A stretch of DNA of 64,000 nucleotides from contig OZ254086.1 in assembly GCA_965267575.1 (NCBI GenBank), forward strand, positions 3,840,001 to 3,904,000, written 5' to 3'. Source of the stretch: Calditrichales bacterium. GTDB lineage: Bacteria; Calditrichota; Calditrichia; Calditrichales; J004. This document shows positions 9,145 to 17,547 of the stretch, one piece after another. Position numbers and translations under genes: made by a program. Position 1 is the stretch's first letter; every line of letters starts with the position of its first letter. The notes under the pieces were generated by a model, which saw only the letters and a program-made list of their open reading frames with translations, had not been told where the DNA came from and searched no databases.

Positions 9145-9167
9145 GCACCAAAACAGGAGGTGTACAG

Positions 9168-9602
9168 ATGAGAAAGTTCACGTATGCGTTAACCATTATG
9201 CTGCTTATGGCCTTTAGCGCCATGGCGCAGAACGCGCAATCCTACCCCGATGATGATATCGGTTTCCAGCCCAAGCTGTTTGAAACGGGGCTGGCCAAAT
9301 TCTACGGCGACGGCCGCATTGTTCATGGCGATTTGTTCTTTGGCGTAGCCTACAAAACGCCCAAAAATATTATCTACCCGCAAGCCGGTCTTTCCGGAAA
9401 CATCTTTTTTGATAGCAGCAGCGACAACACCGAAGGCCGCGTCGCATTCAATTTAGGCTTTGGCTTTTGGGATCTGTTCTACGTGGGCGGCTTTTACGAT
9501 TTCTGGCAATCGGGAACGGGCTGGCAGGGCCCAAAAGATTACGACACCGGTCTGACGATTAACGTGGATCTGGGGGCGCTTAAAGACCTGGCCGGTTTGT
9601 AA
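9168..9602 (+). CDS. Exported small beta-strand-rich protein (outer-membrane beta-barrel-like; possible lysis accessory)
   Basis: AGGAGG RBS, signal peptide MRKFTYALTIMLLMAFSAMA-Q, alternating aromatic beta strands. Confidence 0.5.
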   Translation: MRKFTYALTIMLLMAFSAMAQNAQSYPDDDIGFQPKLFETGLAKFYGDGRIVHGDLFFGVAYKTPKNIIYPQAGLSGNIFFDSSSDNTEGRVAFNLGFGFWDLFYVGGFYDFWQSGTGWQGPKDYDTGLTINVDLGALKDLAGL

Positions 9603-9676
9603 AAATTTTAGGCGTGCATGCCGGAAGGGTCGCCTCCACCCCGACGGCATTCGCGCCGCTTTTAAGGAGTACTATT

Positions 9677-9925
9677 ATGTTTGAAGCATTTTTGCCTTAC
9701 CTGGGCGCGTTTATCTTGGCGCCGGCGCTTTTGTGGGTGGCCGGTAAGTACATCCCCAACAACAAGCTGGCGGTGTGGGGTGTTAAGCATGGCCGGGCCA
9801 TCAGCCGCAAAGCATCGGCCACCGCTTTGGGTAAAGACGCCTGGGAGAAAATAGAAGACACCTTTTTGGGTGGCCTTGTGGCCTATGTAACCGCCCTGAA
9901 AAAAGGCGCGGACATGGACGACTGA
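9677..9925 (+). CDS. Small membrane protein, holin candidate
   Basis: AAGGAG RBS before ATG 9677; 82 aa with an N-terminal TM helix and charged C-terminus. Confidence 0.45.
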   Translation: MFEAFLPYLGAFILAPALLWVAGKYIPNNKLAVWGVKHGRAISRKASATALGKDAWEKIEDTFLGGLVAYVTALKKGADMDD

Positions 9926-9937
9926 CAGGAGACAACG

Positions 9938-10342
9938 ATGGCAAATGTTTTTGATGACGGTTCCGGAAACCGCAGCGCGTCGGCCACACTGGGCGGCGGC
10001 AGCAGCGAAGAAGACGGGCACCAGTTCACCGGGCTGAGCAAAGTTTCCGACAGGGTTATGTTTTTTGATTACGACTTTGGCGGCAATGCCGGCAGCTTTG
10101 CCGTGCAGTTCCGTTACCACAACGGCGTGGCCTGGGGCCCGTGGCACTATTGCTATTACCGCAACAGCAGCGACGAGCGCACAAAAACCTACAACAGCAG
10201 CGCTGGCGACACCGGCAAAGCGCAGATCAACCTGAGCAGCCAGGACTTTTATGTTGCCGATGGCATGAAAGGCTTCCAGTTCCGCATCAAGCGCGAATCG
10301 GGTAGCGATGATATCACCCTGACCAACGGGGTTGTGGTATGA
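9938..10342 (+). CDS. Phage beta-sandwich structural protein (no signal peptide)
   Basis: 134 aa, AGGAG RBS, beta-strand pattern ending in FQFRIKRESG. Confidence 0.45.
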   Translation: MANVFDDGSGNRSASATLGGGSSEEDGHQFTGLSKVSDRVMFFDYDFGGNAGSFAVQFRYHNGVAWGPWHYCYYRNSSDERTKTYNSSAGDTGKAQINLSSQDFYVADGMKGFQFRIKRESGSDDITLTNGVVV

Positions 10343-12402
10343 AGCGCGCCCTATTGCTGGTATTACTTTTTGCAAGTATTACTTTTTCCCAGCGCATCGA
10401 GCGCCCCAGCCAGATCCGGCCTTCGGTTATACGCGGCGAACACCTTGCCGACACCACACTCACTTGGTCCAAAACCAGCGCGGCGTTTAAGGATAGCGCG
10501 CGTGTGCATAAGATAGCCGGGAACTTGTACGAAGTAGCTAAAAGCGGCAGGGCTTATACAACCGTTGCCAGCGCCATAAGCGCCGCAAGTGCCGGGGATG
10601 TGGTGTATCTGCATCCTGGTTATTACAGTGAGAATATAACCCTTGCCGATGGCGTGAACCTGGTTGGCGCAGGAACGGACAGCGTGACCATTGCCGGAAG
10701 CGTAACAACGGCAGGACGAAATCAGATTATAGGCGTTAAGATGGGAACGCTTACCGTGGGCACGGGCGATACGGTGACGGTTAAGAATAGCAAGATATAT
10801 AAGAGTGGCACGTATACGCTGACGATGAGCGCGGGAGAAGTTGATCTCGAAAATGTGGACTTTGTATTTAATACGTCCGAGCCGAGCATGAATATTAGCG
10901 GGGGTACGTTGCGCATAAATGGCGGAAAAGTGTACGGCCAAAAAATTGCGGCCAGTGCCGGAACAATATTAATTAACAACGCCGATTGGACGTTTGTGAC
11001 TTCGGGGAATTACGCATGGGAGATAACAGGCACGGCTACGGTTAAGGTGGAAAACAGCAAGATGCTGCCCGTAGACTCTAACAATGATTATAGTGTTACA
11101 TCGGGCATAATAGATATCGAAGTTGAGAACACGGCACGGCTTGAAATACGGAACACGCGCTATGACCAGGCTGTGACGCTGGATGACAGCGCTAAGTTTT
11201 ACGCCGACGACTGGACGGCTAAGTACATGGGGCGTATTGGCACAGCAGGCACGGCAACCAATCAGTGCAGCCTTATAGTGCGCAATAGCAATCTGCACAT
11301 GGACAATGGCTTTCAAAGTGGGAGCCATATAATTGAATCGAGCAGTGGCAGTGCGGCAGTTGTGGACATTGCAAACAGTACGCTCGAATATATGGGGGAT
11401 CAGGGCGAGTATCCGATGGTTGGCAGCCTCTCGGCTGGCGGCGGTCAGCAAATTTGGACAGATGTATTATTAATAGATCATGGTGGCGCTGCCGGTGGTT
11501 ATACCATTAGTTGTTACAGCATGGAAGATGCGCTGTTGAAAAATGTCACATTTATAAGCGCGGATACGACCGTTGGAAAAACACAGCGCGCCTTTGGATG
11601 GAACACCGCTAATACATTTACGAAGTTTATAGCAAGCAATCTGAGAATATATTTTTTGCATGGCTACGAAAGCGAACGGGAAGGGTTTTTAGTAACGACC
11701 ACATCGAGAAGAATTAAGTCAACAGATAATATATTTATTGATTTGGATATTGTGGGCAGTTCCTTGACTTACGGTACATCTAATATGACGGAAGCGGCCT
11801 TTATTGATACGCTTAAGTTGGCCGCAGCAAATATAACTGATTGGGGTGAAATACGCCGGTGGCAGGATGTCTATTATTACAATGATTTAACCATTGACAG
11901 TTCGTTGACTGTCAACAACAACGCAACGCTTTTGGGAACGTTTGCGGCAGCAGGGCCACGCCATAATCAGTTTTCGCAGGCTAAGGATAATGTGATTTTG
12001 AGCTATGGGAAAGACACGCTTGTTACAACCATTGCCGCAGGTGATTCAGCCATAGTGCAGGTTAATTATCAACACTCCCCGTCATATAGGGGAAATTGGG
12101 CAGATATAGAAATACACTATAAGGTTAACAGGGATAGCGACTGGCGTTTTTCGTTAATTGGTAAAGTGGAAATATATCAGCTAACGTCGTCAATCAACAA
12201 CACAAATTCCACGCTTGTAAATACTGTGCTATTTGAGCCTGGCTCGTATCTGATTACAGACCCGGTAATAGAGCATGAAAGCAATACTAATAATTATTAT
12301 CAATTTAAGGTGCGTAATGATAATGCGTATTCGCTTAATTTATATTTATGGATGAAACCGAGTTTAAATGTTGATCCTTCCGATCCTTTTAGCTTTCAAT
12401 AA
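10339..12402 (+). CDS. Pectin-lyase-fold (parallel beta-helix) tailspike/fibre-like protein with signal peptide
   Basis: VAKSGRAYTTVASAISAASAGDVVYLHPGYYSENITL..GVNLVGAG beta-helix cap motif; signal peptide MKRALLLVLLFASITFS-Q. Confidence 0.75.
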   Translation: MKRALLLVLLFASITFSQRIERPSQIRPSVIRGEHLADTTLTWSKTSAAFKDSARVHKIAGNLYEVAKSGRAYTTVASAISAASAGDVVYLHPGYYSENITLADGVNLVGAGTDSVTIAGSVTTAGRNQIIGVKMGTLTVGTGDTVTVKNSKIYKSGTYTLTMSAGEVDLENVDFVFNTSEPSMNISGGTLRINGGKVYGQKIAASAGTILINNADWTFVTSGNYAWEITGTATVKVENSKMLPVDSNNDYSVTSGIIDIEVENTARLEIRNTRYDQAVTLDDSAKFYADDWTAKYMGRIGTAGTATNQCSLIVRNSNLHMDNGFQSGSHIIESSSGSAAVVDIANSTLEYMGDQGEYPMVGSLSAGGGQQIWTDVLLIDHGGAAGGYTISCYSMEDALLKNVTFISADTTVGKTQRAFGWNTANTFTKFIASNLRIYFLHGYESEREGFLVTTTSRRIKSTDNIFIDLDIVGSSLTYGTSNMTEAAFIDTLKLAAANITDWGEIRRWQDVYYYNDLTIDSSLTVNNNATLLGTFAAAGPRHNQFSQAKDNVILSYGKDTLVTTIAAGDSAIVQVNYQHSPSYRGNWADIEIHYKVNRDSDWRFSLIGKVEIYQLTSSINNTNSTLVNTVLFEPGSYLITDPVIEHESNTNNYYQFKVRNDNAYSLNLYLWMKPSLNVDPSDPFSFQ

Positions 12403-12416
12403 AGGTGGGTAAAAAT

Positions 12417-13205
12417 ATGAAAAATATACTGTTTGTTTTGATATTGGCTGCCTTGACCTATACACAGACCATGCCAACGGGCTATGTTGAGTGGTGGCAA
12501 CAAGGCTCCGGGATCACTGGCAATGTTACAGGCTGGACGGGCGTTAATGGGAAAACGTTTGATTCTGTTTCAAACGTGACATTGGATGGCGACACTCTTG
12601 AATTTTCCGGTACATCATCATATATGCAGATGAGTAGTTATGATAGTGATTTTGACCCTGGTACGGGTAACTTCACAGTAGCGGTGCAGTATAGATACAA
12701 TTACGATGCCAATAATAATATGGGGATATTTTCCCAGAAGCGTAATGCAACACAGAGTTCAACCGCATATTCCGGCTATGCGCTAAGGCAATATCTGTCA
12801 GGAAGAGTAATTTTGTATTTACAGGCAAGCGATGCCGCCGCCAAAAATGCAAGCTACGCATCACCAGTATCAGGCTTAACGTCAGGGCAAACTTATGTTT
12901 TTGTGTTCACGGTAAATCGGACAGCCAATACACTTGATTATTATGTTGGCGGCTCTGCTGTGGCTACAGATTATGATATATCTGGCTTAAGCGATGGGCC
13001 AATAGAAAGCAGCGTGTTGTATCCGTTGACGTTGGGCGCTTATAGCGATTTAAGCGCTCCTTATGATGGTGGGATTCTTGAGTTTGCATATTACAATCGA
13101 GAGCTTACCGCAGGCGAAGTTAGCACATTAACAACTGTCTTTGAAAGCGGGGAAGTTACGGACGAGCAGCGGGGGTTTAATCGAATTAACAGTTACAATC
13201 ATTAA
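12417..13205 (+). CDS. LamG / concanavalin A-like domain protein with signal peptide
   Basis: LEFSGTSSY, NFTVAV, YYVGG, LTLGA...YDGGILEFAYYNRELTAGEV LamG motifs; signal peptide MKNILFVLILAALTYT-Q. Confidence 0.8.
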   Translation: MKNILFVLILAALTYTQTMPTGYVEWWQQGSGITGNVTGWTGVNGKTFDSVSNVTLDGDTLEFSGTSSYMQMSSYDSDFDPGTGNFTVAVQYRYNYDANNNMGIFSQKRNATQSSTAYSGYALRQYLSGRVILYLQASDAAAKNASYASPVSGLTSGQTYVFVFTVNRTANTLDYYVGGSAVATDYDISGLSDGPIESSVLYPLTLGAYSDLSAPYDGGILEFAYYNRELTAGEVSTLTTVFESGEVTDEQRGFNRINSYNH

Positions 13206-13216
13206 GGGATGCGACC

Positions 13217-13783
13217 ATGAAAACATTAACCATACTTTTGTTTTTGATTGCCGGTTTGCTGGCACAGGAGCCCTACTTTATCACCACGACAGACGTGGGC
13301 AACCGGGCAAAAGGCATCGGCTACAGCGCGTCCAGTTCGGACAGCGTTTTCTTTAACTCCGACACCATGTGGATCGCCGGGGATGATTCCATTGAGGTGT
13401 ACCTGCCCATAAAAAACACGCTGGGCATGATACGCATCAAAGGGACGGTAACGGGCACGACCTGGCTAAAGACAGCGCGCCACGGCGTGGCCAGTGAACG
13501 CGGTGGCTATGACGGCAACGGCTCACTGGTAGTTAAACATGCCGTGCACAGCGGCAATGCCGCCGGCGCCAACAGCGACATCACATCCACCTACACCAGT
13601 CTGGGCACGGTAACGCTCACATCCAGCGCCAGCGACAGTACGGAAGGATTCAGCTACTGGCCGCTAAAAGATGTTACGGATCTGAAAGACCAGGCCAGCG
13701 CTTACTGGAGCATCCGTTTTGTGGGCGCGGCAAGCAAACTGCAGGGTGTGTGGCTGCAACTGGAATACATACCGGCAAATTAG
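13217..13783 (+). CDS. Phage beta-sandwich protein with signal peptide
   Basis: MKTLTILLFLIAGLLA-QEP; beta-rich mature domain ending in YWSIRF...LQLEY. Confidence 0.55.
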   Translation: MKTLTILLFLIAGLLAQEPYFITTTDVGNRAKGIGYSASSSDSVFFNSDTMWIAGDDSIEVYLPIKNTLGMIRIKGTVTGTTWLKTARHGVASERGGYDGNGSLVVKHAVHSGNAAGANSDITSTYTSLGTVTLTSSASDSTEGFSYWPLKDVTDLKDQASAYWSIRFVGAASKLQGVWLQLEYIPAN

Positions 13784-13796
13784 CAGGAAAGTACCC

Positions 13797-14186
13797 ATGC
13801 CCCGTGTTACCATCAAAGACATCAACCAGCGTGTGGATGAATTGGAGGGTAAGGTGACCGCCGAGCTGAACACCATTAACCAGCGGGTGGATGCCAATTA
13901 TAAAGTATTGGACCAGTTCATCCAGAAAGTGAACGAGCTGAACAACACGCAAAAACAGGTTGATGACATCCACGCCACGCTGCACCGCAACGGCCTGGTG
14001 CCGATGGTGTATGAATCGGCCAAGTATATTACGGAGCAACGCGAAAAAAGCAAAAGCAAGCGTGAACGGATTCGTAAAATTTTTGACCGCACAATGGTGT
14101 GGCTGTTCCGGCTGATGGTGATCTACTTTTTTAGCCGATGGGCGGGGATCAGCATGGAGACGTTAAAGGGTTTTATGCCCTTTTAA
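13797..14186 (+). CDS. Coiled-coil protein with C-terminal TM helix (XhlA/holin-like)
   Basis: Heptad coiled coil (INQRVD twice), then a basic stretch and hydrophobic MVWLFRLMVIYFF. Confidence 0.5.
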   Translation: MPRVTIKDINQRVDELEGKVTAELNTINQRVDANYKVLDQFIQKVNELNNTQKQVDDIHATLHRNGLVPMVYESAKYITEQREKSKSKRERIRKIFDRTMVWLFRLMVIYFFSRWAGISMETLKGFMPF

Positions 14187-14209
14187 AGTATCACCAGGTT
14201 GGTGGGCTA

Positions 14210-15370
14210 ATGAGCGATGACATTAATAAAATCGAAAATTACGAGCGCACGCCGCCGCGCAAGGATGCCGAGCAGACATGGGATGAAGGCAGCGAAAAGG
14301 CCACATGGGAATATAAAGGCAACGCCAACATCACCACGCTGGAGCAGGCACTTGAATTTAGCCGGGTAGATTTAGATGAATGGGAAGTTGAACGGCATGT
14401 TTTTAACACCTGGACAACGACCCTGAAAAACGGCGATGGCGAAGCGGAGCAAAAATGGAACATACAGGTTAAGGTATGGTTCAAGCGCCGCCAAAAACTA
14501 CGCGACACCTTCCGCGATGAACTACTGGCCCAGGTCCGGGCTATCTCTCCCCCCGTAAAAAAGAAAACACGACGCCGTAAAAAGAATGGCGTGCTGCTGG
14601 AGGTGGATCTGTTCGATCCGCATTTCGGCAAGCTGGCCTGGCAAAAAGAGACCGGCGAAAGCTATGATCTGAAAATCGCCACGCGCCGTTACAACCGCGC
14701 CATGGATGAGCTGATGGACAAGGCGGCACCCTACAATGTGGAGCGCATCCTGTACATTATCGGCAACGACTATTTTCACTATGACAATATCCGCGGGGAG
14801 ACCACCGCCGGCACCCAGCAGGATCTGGACGGCCGCTGGCAAAAAATGTGGATCACCGGGAGGCGGCTGGCCATACAGAATGTGCTGCGGCTAAGCGAAC
14901 TGGCCCCGGTAGACGTAATGATCGTCCACAGCAACCACGATTTTGAGAACATTTTTAAGCTGGGCGATCTGCTGGAATGTTACTTTGACAACAATCGCAA
15001 CGTGCGTGTTTTTAACGCGCCCACCACCCGTAAATATTATCGGTGGGGAAAATGCGGCATCGGCTTTACGCACGGCAATAACGAGAAGCCCGCCGACCTG
15101 CCGCGGATTATGCTGCGTGAGAAGCAGAAGGAGTGGAGCCATGTGGATTTTTTGGAATGGCACATGGGCCATTTCCACCGCAAAAAGCAGCTGCATTACA
15201 TCAGCGCGGAAGAGCTGCACGGCATCGTGATCCGTTACCTGCGCAGTTTAAGCAGCACCGACGCCTGGCATTATTCCAAAGGCTACGTGAAGAACCTGAA
15301 AGGCGCGGAGAGCTTTATCTGGGAAAAGGGCAGCGGTCTGCAGGGTAATTATTTTGTTAATTTTAGTTAG
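14210..15370 (+). CDS. Phage calcineurin-like metallophosphoesterase
   Basis: Motifs DPHFG, GNDYFHYD, SNHD, THG and GHFH. Confidence 0.85.
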   Translation: MSDDINKIENYERTPPRKDAEQTWDEGSEKATWEYKGNANITTLEQALEFSRVDLDEWEVERHVFNTWTTTLKNGDGEAEQKWNIQVKVWFKRRQKLRDTFRDELLAQVRAISPPVKKKTRRRKKNGVLLEVDLFDPHFGKLAWQKETGESYDLKIATRRYNRAMDELMDKAAPYNVERILYIIGNDYFHYDNIRGETTAGTQQDLDGRWQKMWITGRRLAIQNVLRLSELAPVDVMIVHSNHDFENIFKLGDLLECYFDNNRNVRVFNAPTTRKYYRWGKCGIGFTHGNNEKPADLPRIMLREKQKEWSHVDFLEWHMGHFHRKKQLHYISAEELHGIVIRYLRSLSSTDAWHYSKGYVKNLKGAESFIWEKGSGLQGNYFVNFS

Positions 15371-15403
15371 TTCGCTTTTTGGGGCTGTACGTGAAAAGCG
15401 AAC
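15370..15403. repeat. 10-bp perfect inverted repeat (hairpin)
   Basis: GTTCGCTTTT-N14-AAAAGCGAAC directly before the RBS of 15418. Confidence 0.55.
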
Positions 15404-15417
15404 ACAAGGAGGAGACG

Positions 15418-15651
15418 ATGGATGAACTGGATAAGATCGGTCAATATGAATCGTGCCGGGCCAAGATAGAGTTTGACGCTGAGACGATGGATTTAATTGT
15501 GCGCGCCCACGATGAACGGGGTTATACCTTTAGCGCCATTTTTCGGTATTTGAAAAAAGAAAAGGGTTTTAGCGGCCACCAGGACATTGTGCGCAAGCGC
15601 TACTATGAAGAGAAAGAGCGGCGCGGCCAGCAAAGGGAAAATAAAAACTAA
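15418..15651 (+). CDS. Small HTH-like protein
   Basis: AAGGAGGAG RBS; GYTFSAIFRYL...HQDIVRKRY helix-turn-helix-like pattern. Confidence 0.5.
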   Translation: MDELDKIGQYESCRAKIEFDAETMDLIVRAHDERGYTFSAIFRYLKKEKGFSGHQDIVRKRYYEEKERRGQQRENKN

Positions 15652-15766
15652 TTGTACCGTTTTTCATCGTATGGTGAAAGGGTGCTATGGAATGAAATAT
15701 AAATTTTATACCCGCCGGGTGATAAAATTATTACGGGCGGGCTAAAGCGTACCCGAAAGGGTATTT

Positions 15767-16189
15767 TTAATGGCCGTTGCGCTCGGCGGCGTTGGCTTCC
15801 ACCACGCAGTGAAAGATGCGTCCTGTATTGGGACGCTTGCGCACCAGCTCGAGTATTTTACGGGCCAGGTCAATCTCGTCGCTGCTATACCCCGCCAGAT
15901 ACATTCCCAATTTAAAGCCTTCTTCCTGCACCTGGTTCATCTGATCATCAGGCTGTTCGTAAGCCGGTTTGATGTACATGGGTTCATCACCGGCCAGCAG
16001 CCAGTTGATATTAAGATTATAAGCATCTTTAATGTCCGCTAAAAAATCAGCATCCGGAATACTTTTGCCATTACAGTAAGACTGGACGGTCCTTAATGAT
16101 TTACCTGTACGATCGGCCAGCTTTTGTTGGGTGATACCCTCTTTTTTTATAAAATTTTTTAGTCTGCTATCTATTTTAAAATCAAGCAT
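15767..16189 (-). CDS. CI-like repressor (XRE/Cro-C1 HTH)
   Basis: RLKNFIKKEGITQQKLADRTGKSLRTVQSYCNGKSIP...NINWLLAG; divergent from a cro-like gene; no S24 peptidase domain visible. Confidence 0.88.
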   Translation of the reverse strand: MLDFKIDSRLKNFIKKEGITQQKLADRTGKSLRTVQSYCNGKSIPDADFLADIKDAYNLNINWLLAGDEPMYIKPAYEQPDDQMNQVQEEGFKLGMYLAGYSSDEIDLARKILELVRKRPNTGRIFHCVVEANAAERNGH

Positions 16190-16238
16190 TTACGCAACTT
16201 ACCTCGCATTTAATGTGCGAAAAACTTCACACCAGCTA

Positions 16239-16266
16239 TTGACATACGCGATACTCTGCGTATATT
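16239..16266 (+). promoter_or_regulatory. Rightward (lytic) promoter with overlapping operator palindrome
   Basis: TTGACA (16239-16244), 16-bp spacer, TATATT (16261-16266); inverted repeat ATACGC-N8-GCGTAT at 16244-16263. Confidence 0.65.
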
Positions 16267-16299
16267 TACAGGTGTCAGGCAATAAAAGGTAGTCCCGAA

Positions 16300-16554
16300 A
16301 TGATCACAACAAGCAAATTGTTTCGCATAGCACTTACGCACCGCGAAATGACAGCCACGGCTTTCGCAAAAAAGCACGGGGTATCACGCCAGAGTGTGTA
16401 CGACGCTATTGAAAATCCGCAATCATCTCAGCGCATTAGAGAATTCGTAGATGCCTTCATACAGGATGCGATGAAAGATTTACACATTCGCCTGGATGCG
16501 ATCCGGCAAAACGGTAACTACGGCAGCTATAAAAATAACGCTTTACAGGCGTAA
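16300..16554 (+). CDS. Cro/Ner-like HTH regulator
   Basis: MTATAFAKKHGVSRQSVYDAI HTH, divergent from the repressor. Confidence 0.8.
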   Translation: MITTSKLFRIALTHREMTATAFAKKHGVSRQSVYDAIENPQSSQRIREFVDAFIQDAMKDLHIRLDAIRQNGNYGSYKNNALQA

Positions 16555-16562
16555 AGTAAAAC

Positions 16563-16601
16563 AAAAAAGGGCGGGTCGCCTGTTCCTGCAAGCTCCCGCC
16601 C
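16563..16601 (-). terminator. Possible terminator hairpin after cro (U-tract on minus strand)
   Basis: AAAAAAGGGCGGG...CCCGCCC. Confidence 0.35.
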
Positions 16602-16627
16602 TGGATGGATGAACAAGGTAAAGGTCG

Positions 16628-16861
16628 ATGCAAAACGAATTATTTGACAGAGCCCAGGTTGAGCGTCCACGCAGTTGCCGCATGTGCCGCTATTACAACC
16701 GCACCCCTTATGATGTCTGCATGAAGCAGGGCGGGGCGGTTTTGCAAAGCCTGGAGCCGTGCAAGCATTTCGACTTTCCATCTCCTTTACAGGATAATGA
16801 TACGCTTTTAAATGATGAAATGTCAATTATAAAAGAAGAGGGGCATTATAATGGATTATGA
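16628..16861 (+). CDS. Small Cys-rich (CxxC...C...C) phage protein
   Basis: 77 aa with CRMC, DVC and PCKHF; possible zinc binding. Confidence 0.45.
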   Translation: MQNELFDRAQVERPRSCRMCRYYNRTPYDVCMKQGGAVLQSLEPCKHFDFPSPLQDNDTLLNDEMSIIKEEGHYNGL

Positions 16862-17315
16862 TAATCTGCTTGAATATGAAGTGATAAATGAGATTTTGCG
16901 AGCGAATCCGGCACACAAGAGCCCCAAGCAGATTGCCGCGCATTTGGGCCGCAGCGTGGTGACCGTTTACAAGTGGGGCGAGAATCCGGAGAACAGCGGC
17001 GCGGCCATGCCCAAAGATTACATCCTGCCTTTCAGCAATTTCACACAAGATAAACGATTGATTGAGTGGTACGCGCATCATCACGGTTACCACCTGTGCG
17101 CCAATGGTCCTATCATAACCAACGGGGATTTGTTTGACCAGTTGTTGAATATGGACAAGCTGCGCGGTGTATTTGCGCAGGAGCTGGTGGACGCGCGCAA
17201 GGATGGTGTTATAACCAGCATCGAGGCGCGCAAGCTGCGCGATGTGTTGAGCCGCCTGGCGGACGAGACGCGCATTGCCATGGCCGAGATCGATGAGCTG
17301 GAGGAGCAGGCGTGA
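16851..17315 (+). CDS. Phage regulatory CII-family protein (186/P2-type)
   Basis: KSPKQIAAHLGRSVVTVYKW HTH and C-terminal ARKDGVITSIEARKL motif; lies after cro. Confidence 0.75.
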   Translation: MDYDNLLEYEVINEILRANPAHKSPKQIAAHLGRSVVTVYKWGENPENSGAAMPKDYILPFSNFTQDKRLIEWYAHHHGYHLCANGPIITNGDLFDQLLNMDKLRGVFAQELVDARKDGVITSIEARKLRDVLSRLADETRIAMAEIDELEEQA

Positions 17316-17547
17316 TAGACTTCATTAAATTTGCTTTGGAAACGATTAACTACCTGGAACAATCAACTTCATCCGCCGGGGCGGGGATTAGTGAGTTAGA
17401 TCCTACCTTCATACCTCCTTCCGGGCAAGTAGCTCCGGCGGATACTTTTAATAATAACGCGGCCGGCAACTGCGTCGGCACGGCGACCCCTCTGGCCCTG
17501 CCGGCCGGCCGCTTTTTTGATATCACGAAAGAGAAAGAGGTGTGCTG

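Noticed and set aside
10339..13205. Diversity-generating retroelement acting on the fibre genes
   Set aside because: No reverse transcriptase and no template/variable repeat pair seen in the window.
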